Assembly (NCBI GenBank): GCA_963665295.1
Contig: OY762209.1
Location: 4,288,001 to 4,352,000 of the forward strand
Length of the DNA: 64,000 nucleotides
From: Syntrophorhabdaceae bacterium
GTDB taxonomy: Bacteria; Desulfobacterota; Syntrophorhabdia; Syntrophorhabdales; Syntrophorhabdaceae
Reading direction: 5' to 3'
The stretch's first letter is position 1. The number at the start of each line of letters is the position of its first letter. The position numbers were made by a program, and so were the translations under genes. The notes beneath the pieces were generated by a model. That model made no database searches. It had not been told where the DNA came from and worked only from the letters and a program-made list of their open reading frames with translations. This document shows positions 8,958 through 17,673 of this stretch, in pieces.

Positions 8958-9494
8958 ATGCCGACACATAAGAGCAGCAAGAAGGATGGCGACGCGTTCA
9001 ATATCGATGTGGGGCTCGGGAACCTGGGGTTGGGCGGAATCTTCAAGGGTATTGAAAAGCTGGTGGACCTCGCGTCGGAGTTGGAGAAGGCAGGAGGAGA
9101 GATAAAAAAGGAAGGCGATATAGACCTGAGCAACCTCAAGGAGGGCATGAAGGGTGTTTTCGGTTTCTCCGTGAAGACGGCCATGGGCGGAAGACCTGTA
9201 GTAGAACCCTTCGGGAATGTGCGAAAAACCCCCCAGGGGGCCAAAGTTGAAGAAGAAAGGGAACCCATAACCGACGTTTTCGATGAGAAGGACGAGATCC
9301 GGGTGTATCTGGAAATGCCGGGAATCAGCAAGAACGATGTAAAGATTGATCTCAAAGGGGACATACTCACTATTTCAGCTCAAAGCGGGAACAAGAAATA
9401 CCGTAAGGAAATTCTGCTTCCTGCGAAAGGAAAATCGGAGACACTTACATCCGGCTTTAAGAACGGCATTCTGGAAATAAGAATAAAGAAATGA
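8958..9494 (+). CDS. Small heat-shock protein (Hsp20/alpha-crystallin), GvpH-like
   Basis: REPITDVFDEKDEIRVYLEMPGI...FKNGILEIRI alpha-crystallin domain; long Gly/Phe-rich N-terminus. Confidence 0.88.
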   Translation: MPTHKSSKKDGDAFNIDVGLGNLGLGGIFKGIEKLVDLASELEKAGGEIKKEGDIDLSNLKEGMKGVFGFSVKTAMGGRPVVEPFGNVRKTPQGAKVEEEREPITDVFDEKDEIRVYLEMPGISKNDVKIDLKGDILTISAQSGNKKYRKEILLPAKGKSETLTSGFKNGILEIRIKK

Positions 9495-9506
9495 GTGGGA
9501 CCCCTG

Positions 9507-10445
9507 ATGGGACTAACCGGACTAAAGGACGCGCCTTTGAAACTGATTCTATTCGGCGGCAAGGGTGGTGTGGGGAAAACGACCTGCGCGGTCAGCGCGG
9601 GTTTATGCCTGGCTGAAGAGTTCAGCACCCTTATCGTCTCCACCGACCCCGCTCATTCCCTTTCGGACAGTTTGGAGCAGAAGTTCGGCGATGAGGTCAC
9701 CGCCGTTCTGAACGTGAAGAACTTGAGCGTCATAGAAATAAGTGCAAAAAAGGTGTTCTGCGCGTTCAAGGAAAAGCACGAGCAGGAGATAAGGAAGATT
9801 ATCGACACCTCCACGTATCTGGACCAGGAAGACACAGAGGCGGTTTTGAACCTCCCTATCCCCGGCATTGATGAGGTAATGGGCCTGAAGGTAATAATGG
9901 ACCTCTTGGAAGAAGGGCGGTTTGACAAGGTCGTGGTCGATATGGCCCCCACCGGCCATGCACTTCGTCTCCTGAAAGTACCGGCATTGCTTGACGACTG
10001 GATTAAGGTCGTGGCGAAACTCAGATGGAAGTATCGCTATATGATAACAACCTTCGCAGGCAAATACACGCCTGATGAAGGAGATGATTTCCTTCTTGAA
10101 ATGAAGAAGACCATCACCCGGATACATACGCTCTTCACGGACAGGAAACAGTGTGAATTCATCATGGTTACCATACCCGAAGCCATGGCGGTCCGCGAAA
10201 CGGAAAGGTTGATTAAGGAGTTGGGCTCATGTGGGATAGCGATCCGCCAGATAGCGGTCAACAACGTTACGCCCGAAAGCGAGAATTGCCGATTCTGCAT
10301 GGACAGACGGGAGCGACAGGAAGAATATATCGATTATCTGGAAAACCGCATGGGCAACGTCCGGACAACGGTCCTTCCTATGCAGTCGCGGGAAGTAAAA
10401 GGCCTGGCTGCACTAACAGGTTTTAAAGAATTGCTCTTTCAGTAG
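9507..10445 (+). CDS. Single-domain ArsA/GET3/TRC40-family ATPase (start 9495 or 9507)
   Basis: GGKGGVGKTT, STDPAHSLSD, PGIDE, DMAPTGH, C-terminal CRFC. Confidence 0.92.
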   Translation: MGLTGLKDAPLKLILFGGKGGVGKTTCAVSAGLCLAEEFSTLIVSTDPAHSLSDSLEQKFGDEVTAVLNVKNLSVIEISAKKVFCAFKEKHEQEIRKIIDTSTYLDQEDTEAVLNLPIPGIDEVMGLKVIMDLLEEGRFDKVVVDMAPTGHALRLLKVPALLDDWIKVVAKLRWKYRYMITTFAGKYTPDEGDDFLLEMKKTITRIHTLFTDRKQCEFIMVTIPEAMAVRETERLIKELGSCGIAIRQIAVNNVTPESENCRFCMDRRERQEEYIDYLENRMGNVRTTVLPMQSREVKGLAALTGFKELLFQ

Positions 10446-10496
10446 CTCAGAGTAGGCAGCAATTTAGGGGTATGCTCCAAGAATGAGGTGATCCGA

Positions 10497-12722
10497 ATGA
10501 AGGATAGCAAGAAAGAGCCTGCCATGGCTTTCAAAGTGAAAGAAGCCCTGCCTAAAGATGTGGGCAGAGCCATCGCGCGGATCGATCCTGACGATATGAA
10601 GGTCCTCGGCCTTGACGTGGGCGACATAGTGGAACTCTACGCCAAGAGAAAGGCCCCCGTGAGGATAATGCCCTGCTACGTTGAAGAGAGGGGAAAGCGG
10701 ATCATCCAGATGGATGGAATCGCCCGGGAAAATGCAAAGGTCGGCCTGGACGAAAAGGTGAAGATAAGACGGGCCACGCCCAAATCGGCGACACGAGTAA
10801 CCCTTGCGCCCTTGACCCTTTCGACCCTGGCCCAAAAAGGAAAGGATCAACGGTATATAGGGACGCTTATCGAAGGCCTGCCCGTCATCACCGGGGACCG
10901 GGTGCGGGTTACCCTCTTCGGCTCACGGTCAAGCGATTTCAAAGTTCTGGGCACGACACCCGATGGGGTGGTGGTGATAAATCCGGAGACGCAGATAAGA
11001 ATCGAATCGAAGGAGGCCGGCGAGACAAAGACCACGAAGGTTTCCTATGAAGATATAGGCGGCCTCGGTTATCAGATCCAGAGAATCAGGGAGATGATCG
11101 AACTCCCCTTGAAATATCCTCAGATATTCGAACGGCTCGGGATCGATCCCCCCAAAGGGGTGCTGCTCTATGGCCCCCCCGGAACGGGGAAGACCCTGAT
11201 CGCACGGGCGGTGACGAACGAGACGGACGCTTATTTCACCAACATCAGCGGACCTGAGATCATGGGTAAGTTTTACGGCGAGAGTGAAGGACGTTTGAGA
11301 AGTATATTTGAAGAAGCCCAGAAGAATACACCCGCCATCATATTCATCGACGAAATAGACGCCATCGCGCCCAAGAGAGAGGAAATGGGCGGCGAGAAGC
11401 AGGTTGAACGGCGCGTGGTAGCCCAACTCCTTTCGCTTCTCGATGGACTGCAGTCAAGGGGACAGGTCATCGTCATAGGGGCGACAAACATTCCGAATAC
11501 TCTCGATCCTGCCCTGAGGAGACCGGGGAGATTCGACAGAGAGATCGCGGTCCCTATTCCCGACAAGAACGGAAGGCTCCACATACTGCAAATCCATACA
11601 AGAGGCATGCCTCTTGCGGGAGAAGCTCAACAGGGAAACGGCGAGATATCAACCGGGGTTGATATCGATAAACTTGCGGAAATTACTCACGGTTTTGTGG
11701 GAGCGGACCTGGAAGCCCTGGCCCGGGAGGCCGCCATGTCGGCCCTCAGGAAGGTGTTGCCGAAGATCGACTTCACCATTGACGAAGTGCCTTATGACAC
11801 CCTTCTCAGCCTCGAAGTCACCATGGATGACTTTATGGAAGCAATGAAAGAGGTGGAGCCTTCGGCCATCAGAGAGGTATTCGTCGAGGTACCCGACGTG
11901 CGATGGGACGACGTGGGAGGCCTTGAGGGTGTCAAGCAGGAGTTAAAAGAAGCCGTTGAGTGGCCCATTAAATATGCCGACGTCTTCAAGGCAGTGAACA
12001 CTCATCCGGCAAAGGGGATTCTCCTTCATGGGGCCCCCGGCACCGGAAAAACCTTGCTTGCAAAAGCAGTCGCAAGCGAGACAAAGGTCAACTTCATTTC
12101 TGTAAAAGGTCCGGCCCTCATCTCCAAATTCATCGGCGAAAGCGAGAAGGGGGTTCGGGAGGTGTTTAAAACCGCAAAGCAAGCGTCCCCATCCATCATA
12201 TTTTTCGACGAGATAGATGCGGTTGCACCGAGGAGGGGCTCAGGTATCGGAGAATCGAATGTAACCGAGAGGGTGGTGAGCCAATTCCTCGCTGAAATGG
12301 ACGGTATCGAGGAACTCAAGGGAGTTGTGGTATTGGCGGCCACCAATCGGCTCGACATCATCGATCCCGCCCTTCTCAGGGGGGGCAGGTTTGATGTTAT
12401 TATCGAGCTCCCGCTACCCGACGAAGACGCGCGCTTCTCAATATTCCAAATTCATGCAAGCCGAAAACCCCTTGCTTCGGATGTGAATCTACGTGATTTT
12501 GCGAAGAAGACGGATGGCCTCGCAGGGTCGGACATAGAATTCCTGTGCCGGAAGGCCTCCATGCTCGCAATAAGGGAATTCATAAATCAGGCAGCCGGGG
12601 CCGGCAAGAAGAAAGGCGCATCAAAAGATAAGGCCGGTCTTAAGGTAGGCAAAAAGCACTTCGAAGAGGCTTTGGAGGTGGTGAGGCGTCAGAGGGCATC
12701 AGTCGATGAGGCAGACTTGTGA
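10497..12722 (+). CDS. CDC48/p97/VAT-family double-ring AAA+ ATPase
   Basis: N domain ([11 protein letters not shown]); D1 [35 protein letters not shown]2 [31 protein letters not shown] 10497 after GAGGTG. Confidence 0.95.
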   Translation: MKDSKKEPAMAFKVKEALPKDVGRAIARIDPDDMKVLGLDVGDIVELYAKRKAPVRIMPCYVEERGKRIIQMDGIARENAKVGLDEKVKIRRATPKSATRVTLAPLTLSTLAQKGKDQRYIGTLIEGLPVITGDRVRVTLFGSRSSDFKVLGTTPDGVVVINPETQIRIESKEAGETKTTKVSYEDIGGLGYQIQRIREMIELPLKYPQIFERLGIDPPKGVLLYGPPGTGKTLIARAVTNETDAYFTNISGPEIMGKFYGESEGRLRSIFEEAQKNTPAIIFIDEIDAIAPKREEMGGEKQVERRVVAQLLSLLDGLQSRGQVIVIGATNIPNTLDPALRRPGRFDREIAVPIPDKNGRLHILQIHTRGMPLAGEAQQGNGEISTGVDIDKLAEITHGFVGADLEALAREAAMSALRKVLPKIDFTIDEVPYDTLLSLEVTMDDFMEAMKEVEPSAIREVFVEVPDVRWDDVGGLEGVKQELKEAVEWPIKYADVFKAVNTHPAKGILLHGAPGTGKTLLAKAVASETKVNFISVKGPALISKFIGESEKGVREVFKTAKQASPSIIFFDEIDAVAPRRGSGIGESNVTERVVSQFLAEMDGIEELKGVVVLAATNRLDIIDPALLRGGRFDVIIELPLPDEDARFSIFQIHASRKPLASDVNLRDFAKKTDGLAGSDIEFLCRKASMLAIREFINQAAGAGKKKGASKDKAGLKVGKKHFEEALEVVRRQRASVDEADL

Positions 12723-12781
12723 CGACAAGCCGCAAAGGTGACTCCGCCGAAGTCCGACCTGAACGGGGGGATTGAGTTAAC

Positions 12782-12834
12782 GGGCCGGTCTCCGAGTGCG
12801 TCGCACGGGGGGTGCGGCAGCGGGAGACCGGCCC
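12782..12834. repeat. Intergenic 12-bp inverted repeat / long hairpin
   Basis: GGGCCGGTCTCC ... GGAGACCGGCCC with inner GTCGCAC/GTGCGGC stem. Confidence 0.6.
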
Positions 12835-12883
12835 CGGGGGTTGGCCGCATCGGCAAAGACAGAGAAAGGACCGGGGGGAATTT

Positions 12884-13906
12884 ATGAGCGGTATGGGCAA
12901 ATATATGTATGGTGTGATCAACTCCGACTGCCGCGGGGAAAGTTCAAAGGTCCCGGCCTCTCACGGCATGGTCTATACGATCCCTTATAAGGGCGTGTCC
13001 GCCGTGGTGAGCGACGCTGAGATGGTCGAGTACGCGAAGATGCCCGGGGACACTGCCGCACGGCACCTTGTCAATCACCAACTCGTACTCGAAAGGATGA
13101 TGAAGGACCACAACACCATTCCCATAAAATTGGGGACTTACCTGCTCAACGAGGGGGAAGTGACCCAAGCCCTGGCAAGGGGACATGGGGTGTTTCAGAA
13201 AGTCTTCAAAGAGATCGAAGGAAGGGTGGAGTTTAACGTCGTAGCGACATGGACCGATCTCAATACGATCATAAGAGAGGTCTCCAGGGACAAAGAAATA
13301 ACCGCGCTAAAGGAGGCTCTCCTCACCAACGCACAAGGGATAACCGTCGATGCCCAGATAAAGATCGGTATACTCATCAGAAACCATTTGAATACAATGA
13401 AAGCCGGATACTCAGGCGCCATACTGGATGCCCTGGAAGGTCTCGCCGAGAGGGCGAAGGATTACACCACGCCGGATGACGCGACCATCATGAACGCCGC
13501 CCTGCTTCTCGCAAGGGACGCCGAACCTCAATTCGACGAAAAACTCGAGGAACTGAGCGTCAGGTTTGAAGGGAAAGTCCACTTCAAGGTCATAGGACCC
13601 CTTCCCCCATACAACTTCTATACCCTTGAGATAAAAAAATTCCAGTTCGACGAGATCGATTGTGCGAGAAGGAAACTCGGTCTCCCGGACTTTGCAGTCA
13701 GGGACGATATCAAGAAAGCGTACAGGAAATATGCCTTTGACTGCCATCCGGACAGACAGAGCGAGAAGTGGAAAGCGGAGATGGAGTACGATGAAGCCGC
13801 CAAAGCGTATAAATTGCTCACCGAATACTGCCAGGACGACGCATGCTCCTTCAGGGCAGACGATTTCTTTAATAACTCCATAGCCATAAAGCTAAAGGGG
13901 CAGTAA
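12884..13906 (+). CDS. GvpL/GvpF-family protein fused to a C-terminal DnaJ J-domain
   Basis: KYMYGVI...HQLVLE...IPIKLGT...GPLPPYNF (GvpL/F), then LGL...IKKAYRKYAFDCHPD...AAKAYKLL (J-domain with HPD). Confidence 0.88.
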   Translation: MSGMGKYMYGVINSDCRGESSKVPASHGMVYTIPYKGVSAVVSDAEMVEYAKMPGDTAARHLVNHQLVLERMMKDHNTIPIKLGTYLLNEGEVTQALARGHGVFQKVFKEIEGRVEFNVVATWTDLNTIIREVSRDKEITALKEALLTNAQGITVDAQIKIGILIRNHLNTMKAGYSGAILDALEGLAERAKDYTTPDDATIMNAALLLARDAEPQFDEKLEELSVRFEGKVHFKVIGPLPPYNFYTLEIKKFQFDEIDCARRKLGLPDFAVRDDIKKAYRKYAFDCHPDRQSEKWKAEMEYDEAAKAYKLLTEYCQDDACSFRADDFFNNSIAIKLKGQ

Positions 13907-14673
13907 TGGAAAGAGAAGCCAAGTATATCTATTGCATCATCGGCGCGACACAGGACAGAACCTTCGGCCCTATCGGCCTTGGAGACAGGGGAGATGAGGT
14001 ATGCACCATCGGCATTGATGACCTTGCGATGGTGATAAGCAACCATCCGTTGACCAGACTTGTAGTCAATCGGGAGAATATTCTGGCCCACGAGAAGGTC
14101 ATCGAGGAGGTAATGAAGGAGTATGTCGTATTGCCCGTTCGGTTCTGCACCATTGCCACGGGAGCGGACGAGATAAGGAGCCTTCTGTCGAGGAGGTACC
14201 GCGAATTCAAGAACCTCCTGAAGGATATGGACCACAAGGTTGAACTCGGCGTGAAGGGCCTGTGGAGGGATATGAACGCCATCTTCAAAGAAATCACCGC
14301 GGAGAACAGCGAAATAGGCAAGATGAAAAGAAGATTGAAAGGAGACAAGGAGCAGAAACACATGGAGGCAAAGGTGGAACTCGGCAAGCTCGTTCAGGAT
14401 GCCCTCAAGCGCAAGAAGGACGAGGAGGCCGAAAAGGTGGTTGATGCGTTAAGGGCATCGGCCTTCGACTACACCCTCAATCACACTGCAGGTGATGAAA
14501 TGTTCATGAACGCTTCTTTTCTGGTGAGCAAGGGGCGGGAAAAGGAATTCGACAACATCATGGACGATCTGGGCGAAAAGTACAAGGGGAGGACTCGTTT
14601 TCTCTATGCGGGACCGTTGCCTCCTTACAACTTCGTGAATATTACGATACGCCAGGAAGAGTGGGAAAAGTGA
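13906..14673 (+). CDS. gvpF: GvpF/GvpL-family gas vesicle protein
   Basis: KYIYCII, AHEKVIEEVM, VLPVRFCT, VELGVKG, GPLPPYNFVNI. Confidence 0.9.
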   Translation: MEREAKYIYCIIGATQDRTFGPIGLGDRGDEVCTIGIDDLAMVISNHPLTRLVVNRENILAHEKVIEEVMKEYVVLPVRFCTIATGADEIRSLLSRRYREFKNLLKDMDHKVELGVKGLWRDMNAIFKEITAENSEIGKMKRRLKGDKEQKHMEAKVELGKLVQDALKRKKDEEAEKVVDALRASAFDYTLNHTAGDEMFMNASFLVSKGREKEFDNIMDDLGEKYKGRTRFLYAGPLPPYNFVNITIRQEEWEK

Positions 14674-14700
14674 AAGAAAGAACGACGCTGGGGAGGTTCC

Positions 14701-15471
14701 ATGGAAGAAGGGCTCTATATATATTGCATAGTTGAATCAAAGGAGCCCTGCTCCTTTGATATCGAGGGCATCGGAGGCAGGGGCGACAAGGTGTACACCG
14801 TATCGCTCGATCATATCGGCGCGGTAGTGAGCGCGTCTCCTGTCAAAAGATACTCGGTGGCGCGGGAGTACCTGATGGCCCATGAGCGGGTCATTGAAGA
14901 GGTCATGAAGACCCATACGGTCCTCCCCGTGAGGTTTGCCACTATTACGGAGAGCGAAGAGAAGATAAGAATGATCCTCGGGCGAGAGTATGCCCGTTTT
15001 GCAGGCCTCCTTAAACAGATGGCAGACAAGAAGGAGTTGGGGCTGAAGATGTTGTTCAAAGAGGATATGGTATACGGGGAACTCCTTGAAAAGTATGGCG
15101 ACGTAAAGACTCTGAAACAAAAAATAGAATCCCTTCCCGCCGAAAAATCATATCACCAGAGAATGGAGATAGGCCGCATGGTCGAGGCAGCGCTCCGGCG
15201 GGAGAAAGAATTCTACCGTGAATATGCCCTGAACAGACTGGCGCCCCTGTCCGTCGAGGTAAAGACAAACAAGGAATACGGAGACATGATGATCGTCAAC
15301 GCCTCATTTCTCGTGGTGAAAGAAAAGGAAAGGGAGTTTGACCTTGCAGTGCAGGAACTCGCAGACAAATGCGGGGATATGGTGAGGCTCAAATATGTGG
15401 GAACCCTACCGCCCTTCAACTTCGTGAATATTGTGATCAACACGGATGGAGGAAGCCAATGTTCATTATAG
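14701..15471 (+). CDS. gvpF: GvpF/GvpL-family gas vesicle protein
   Basis: LYIYCIV, AHERVIEEVM, VLPVRFAT, GTLPPFNFVNI; overlaps gvpG as in typical gvpFG pairs. Confidence 0.9.
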   Translation: MEEGLYIYCIVESKEPCSFDIEGIGGRGDKVYTVSLDHIGAVVSASPVKRYSVAREYLMAHERVIEEVMKTHTVLPVRFATITESEEKIRMILGREYARFAGLLKQMADKKELGLKMLFKEDMVYGELLEKYGDVKTLKQKIESLPAEKSYHQRMEIGRMVEAALRREKEFYREYALNRLAPLSVEVKTNKEYGDMMIVNASFLVVKEKEREFDLAVQELADKCGDMVRLKYVGTLPPFNFVNIVINTDGGSQCSL

Positions 15472-15698
15472 ACGACATACTCCTCTCGCCGTTAAGAGGT
15501 TTCATATGGTTGGGTGAGAAGATAAACGATGTGGTGGAGAGGGAGTTGTCCGACGAGGGGCTCATAAAGGAGCGCCTTATGGAACTGCAACTGCGTTTCG
15601 AATTGGATGCCATAGATGAGGAGACTTACACGAAACAGGAAAAAGTGCTCCTCGAGAGACTTAATGCGATCCACGGGGAAGGAGAGGAGGAGGTATAA
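15459..15698 (+). CDS. gvpG: Gas vesicle protein GvpG
   Basis: MFIIDDILLSPLRGFIWLGEKI...LMELQLRFELDAIDEE...EKVLLERL; ATG 15459 after GGAGG. Confidence 0.9.
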   Translation: MFIIDDILLSPLRGFIWLGEKINDVVERELSDEGLIKERLMELQLRFELDAIDEETYTKQEKVLLERLNAIHGEGEEEV

Positions 15699-15699
15699 A

Positions 15700-15963
15700 A
15701 TGGCGGATATCCAGGAAGCTACTCAGGCGCTTTGCGGGTTTTTGAAAAAGACTCTTTCAGTCGAAGATGCCAAAGCGATAAAGGTGTGTCATACACCTCA
15801 GGGATGGGAAGGGGACATCGAGGTGTATGAAGACAGCTCCTTCATCAAAACCATCGGGCTGCCGACACGGGTAAAAGACAGGAATATCTATAACGTAAAG
15901 GCAGACGAAAACCTGGAGGTTCAGGCGTATGAACGAAAACCCGCGAACCAGCCCCGGGAGTGA
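15700..15963 (+). CDS. gvpO: GvpO/GvpR-family gas vesicle protein
   Basis: GWEGDIEVYE...IYNVKADENLEVQAYER pattern of GvpO/R. Confidence 0.75.
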   Translation: MADIQEATQALCGFLKKTLSVEDAKAIKVCHTPQGWEGDIEVYEDSSFIKTIGLPTRVKDRNIYNVKADENLEVQAYERKPANQPRE

Positions 15964-15969
15964 CGGAAA

Positions 15970-16818
15970 ATGACGGGCCTGTATCTTTACTGCGTCCGGG
16001 GAGAGACCCGGAATCCTTTGCCCTTTCATGAAAGGGGAATCGACGGAAGAAGTGAGGTCTTTACAGTGGCCCATCGGGCGTTGGAGGCGGTCGTGAGCGA
16101 CGTTTCATTGCGGGAATTCACTTCCGAAGAGATACAAAGGCGAGCTGGAGAAGACCCGGGCTGGATAAAAGAACGTGCGGTGATTCATGAGCGGGTAATC
16201 GAGAACGCGATGAGAGGGGTTGATGAGCCGGTGAGCGTAATCCCCATGAGATTCGGTGTCATTTTCAAGACCATGGCGAACTTGAAGGCAAGACTGGATA
16301 AGGATTACTGCCGAATGAAGACCGTGCTGGCCAAAATAGACGGTAAGGAAGAGTGGAGCGTAAAGGCATACATGAAAGACAAGGAAAGGTTTGACGCCGT
16401 GGCGAGGGCAAGAAACCCCGGGATTACCGCAAAGGAGAGGCAAATCGCGTCCCTGCCCGAAGGTGTAGCCTACTTCATGGAAGAAGAGTTGAAAGAGGTT
16501 GTGGATGATGCGATAGAGAATGAACTGGCGGCCATACTGGAAGGTTCATTCGAGAGGTTGTCGGGGGAAGCGACGGAGTCCGTCAAAACAAGGGTCCTCG
16601 AAAAGGAGGTTACAGGAAGAACCGAGCAGATGGTTTTTAATTCCGCTTTCCTCGTCCGTCAGGACAAGGCGGACAGGTTCCACCACACCCTCGGAATGAT
16701 CGCCGGGGAATTTGAGGCAAAAGGACTCTGCGTTGAATTGACCGGGCCGTGGCCCGCCTTCAATTTCTGTCGGGAAAACGTCGCTACCGGAGAAAAGAGG
16801 GAAGATGAATCACACTAA
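15970..16818 (+). CDS. gvpL: GvpL/GvpF-family gas vesicle protein (GvpL/W-like)
   Basis: LYLYCV, HERVIE, VIPMRFG, GKEEWSVK, TGPWPAFNF. Confidence 0.85.
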   Translation: MTGLYLYCVRGETRNPLPFHERGIDGRSEVFTVAHRALEAVVSDVSLREFTSEEIQRRAGEDPGWIKERAVIHERVIENAMRGVDEPVSVIPMRFGVIFKTMANLKARLDKDYCRMKTVLAKIDGKEEWSVKAYMKDKERFDAVARARNPGITAKERQIASLPEGVAYFMEEELKEVVDDAIENELAAILEGSFERLSGEATESVKTRVLEKEVTGRTEQMVFNSAFLVRQDKADRFHHTLGMIAGEFEAKGLCVELTGPWPAFNFCRENVATGEKREDESH

Positions 16819-17335
16819 GAACGCGGCTCTCGTAGATGTGCTGGACAAGGTACTGGAAAAAGGCGCCGTTATCAGCGGCGACATGATGATAAGGGTGGCC
16901 GACGTGGACTTGGTATTCGTGGGTCTCAGGGTCTTTCTCGCTTCAGTCTCCAAAGCCCGGGAATTGTCCGGGGAAACCGGTTTTGACCAGGAAAGGGAAC
17001 CGACACCCGAGGATATTGCCTTCATGGAAAGGCTACAAAAGGAGATAAGAAAGGCCGAAGAAAATATCCCAAAGCTTATGAATGCGGACAATCCGAGAGA
17101 GACGGAGCAGGGCCTTGCCCGATTGATCCTGGCCATCATTGAACTCATAAGAAAATTGATGGAAAAGGAGGCCTTCAGAAGGGTCCGGAGCGGGACGATC
17201 GCTCCGGTGGAGATACAGAAACTCGGGCTGAGTCTGAAAGCGGTGAGGAAGAAGATGATGGAAATCCAGGCAATCTTCGGAATCAAGGACGAAGACCTCA
17301 AACTAAACCTTGGTCCCCTTGGCGATTTAACATAA
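16805..17335 (+). CDS. gvpK: Fusion of a GvpA/J/S-like domain and GvpK
   Basis: N-half LVDVLDKVLEKGAVISGD...VADVDL..VGLRVFLASV; C-half EQGLARLILAIIELIRKLMEKEA.RR...LGLSL...LNLGPLG. Confidence 0.88.
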   Translation: MNHTKNAALVDVLDKVLEKGAVISGDMMIRVADVDLVFVGLRVFLASVSKARELSGETGFDQEREPTPEDIAFMERLQKEIRKAEENIPKLMNADNPRETEQGLARLILAIIELIRKLMEKEAFRRVRSGTIAPVEIQKLGLSLKAVRKKMMEIQAIFGIKDEDLKLNLGPLGDLT

Positions 17336-17345
17336 GGAGAGTCCT

Positions 17346-17651
17346 ATGGCAGAACAACAGATGGTCCATGCGATACAGGCAACGAATCTGGCGGACATCC
17401 TGGAAAGGGTGCTGGACAAGGGGATTGTAATCGCGGGCGACATACAAATCAAGATTGCGGATATTGAACTCCTGACCATCAAGATAAGGCTTCTCATTGC
17501 GTCTGTGGACAAAGCCATGGAGATGGGGATCAACTGGTGGCAGCAGGACCCATACCTGTCCGACGGCAAAAAGGCAAAGGCAAAGGAAGAGGATAACGCG
17601 GCCTTAAGAAAACGGGTCAAGCTGCTGGAGGAGAAGATAAACCGCATGTAA
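17346..17651 (+). CDS. gvpJ: Gas vesicle protein GvpJ
   Basis: NLADILERVLDKGIVIAGDI.IKIADIELLTIKIRLLIASVDKAMEMGINWW. Confidence 0.95.
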   Translation: MAEQQMVHAIQATNLADILERVLDKGIVIAGDIQIKIADIELLTIKIRLLIASVDKAMEMGINWWQQDPYLSDGKKAKAKEEDNAALRKRVKLLEEKINRM

Positions 17652-17673
17652 CCGCGAACGGGCACGTGCGCAC

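Noticed and set aside
9507..10445. Arsenic resistance operon
   Set aside because: No arsR/B/C/D or acr3 nearby; single-domain ATPase embedded in gvp genes.
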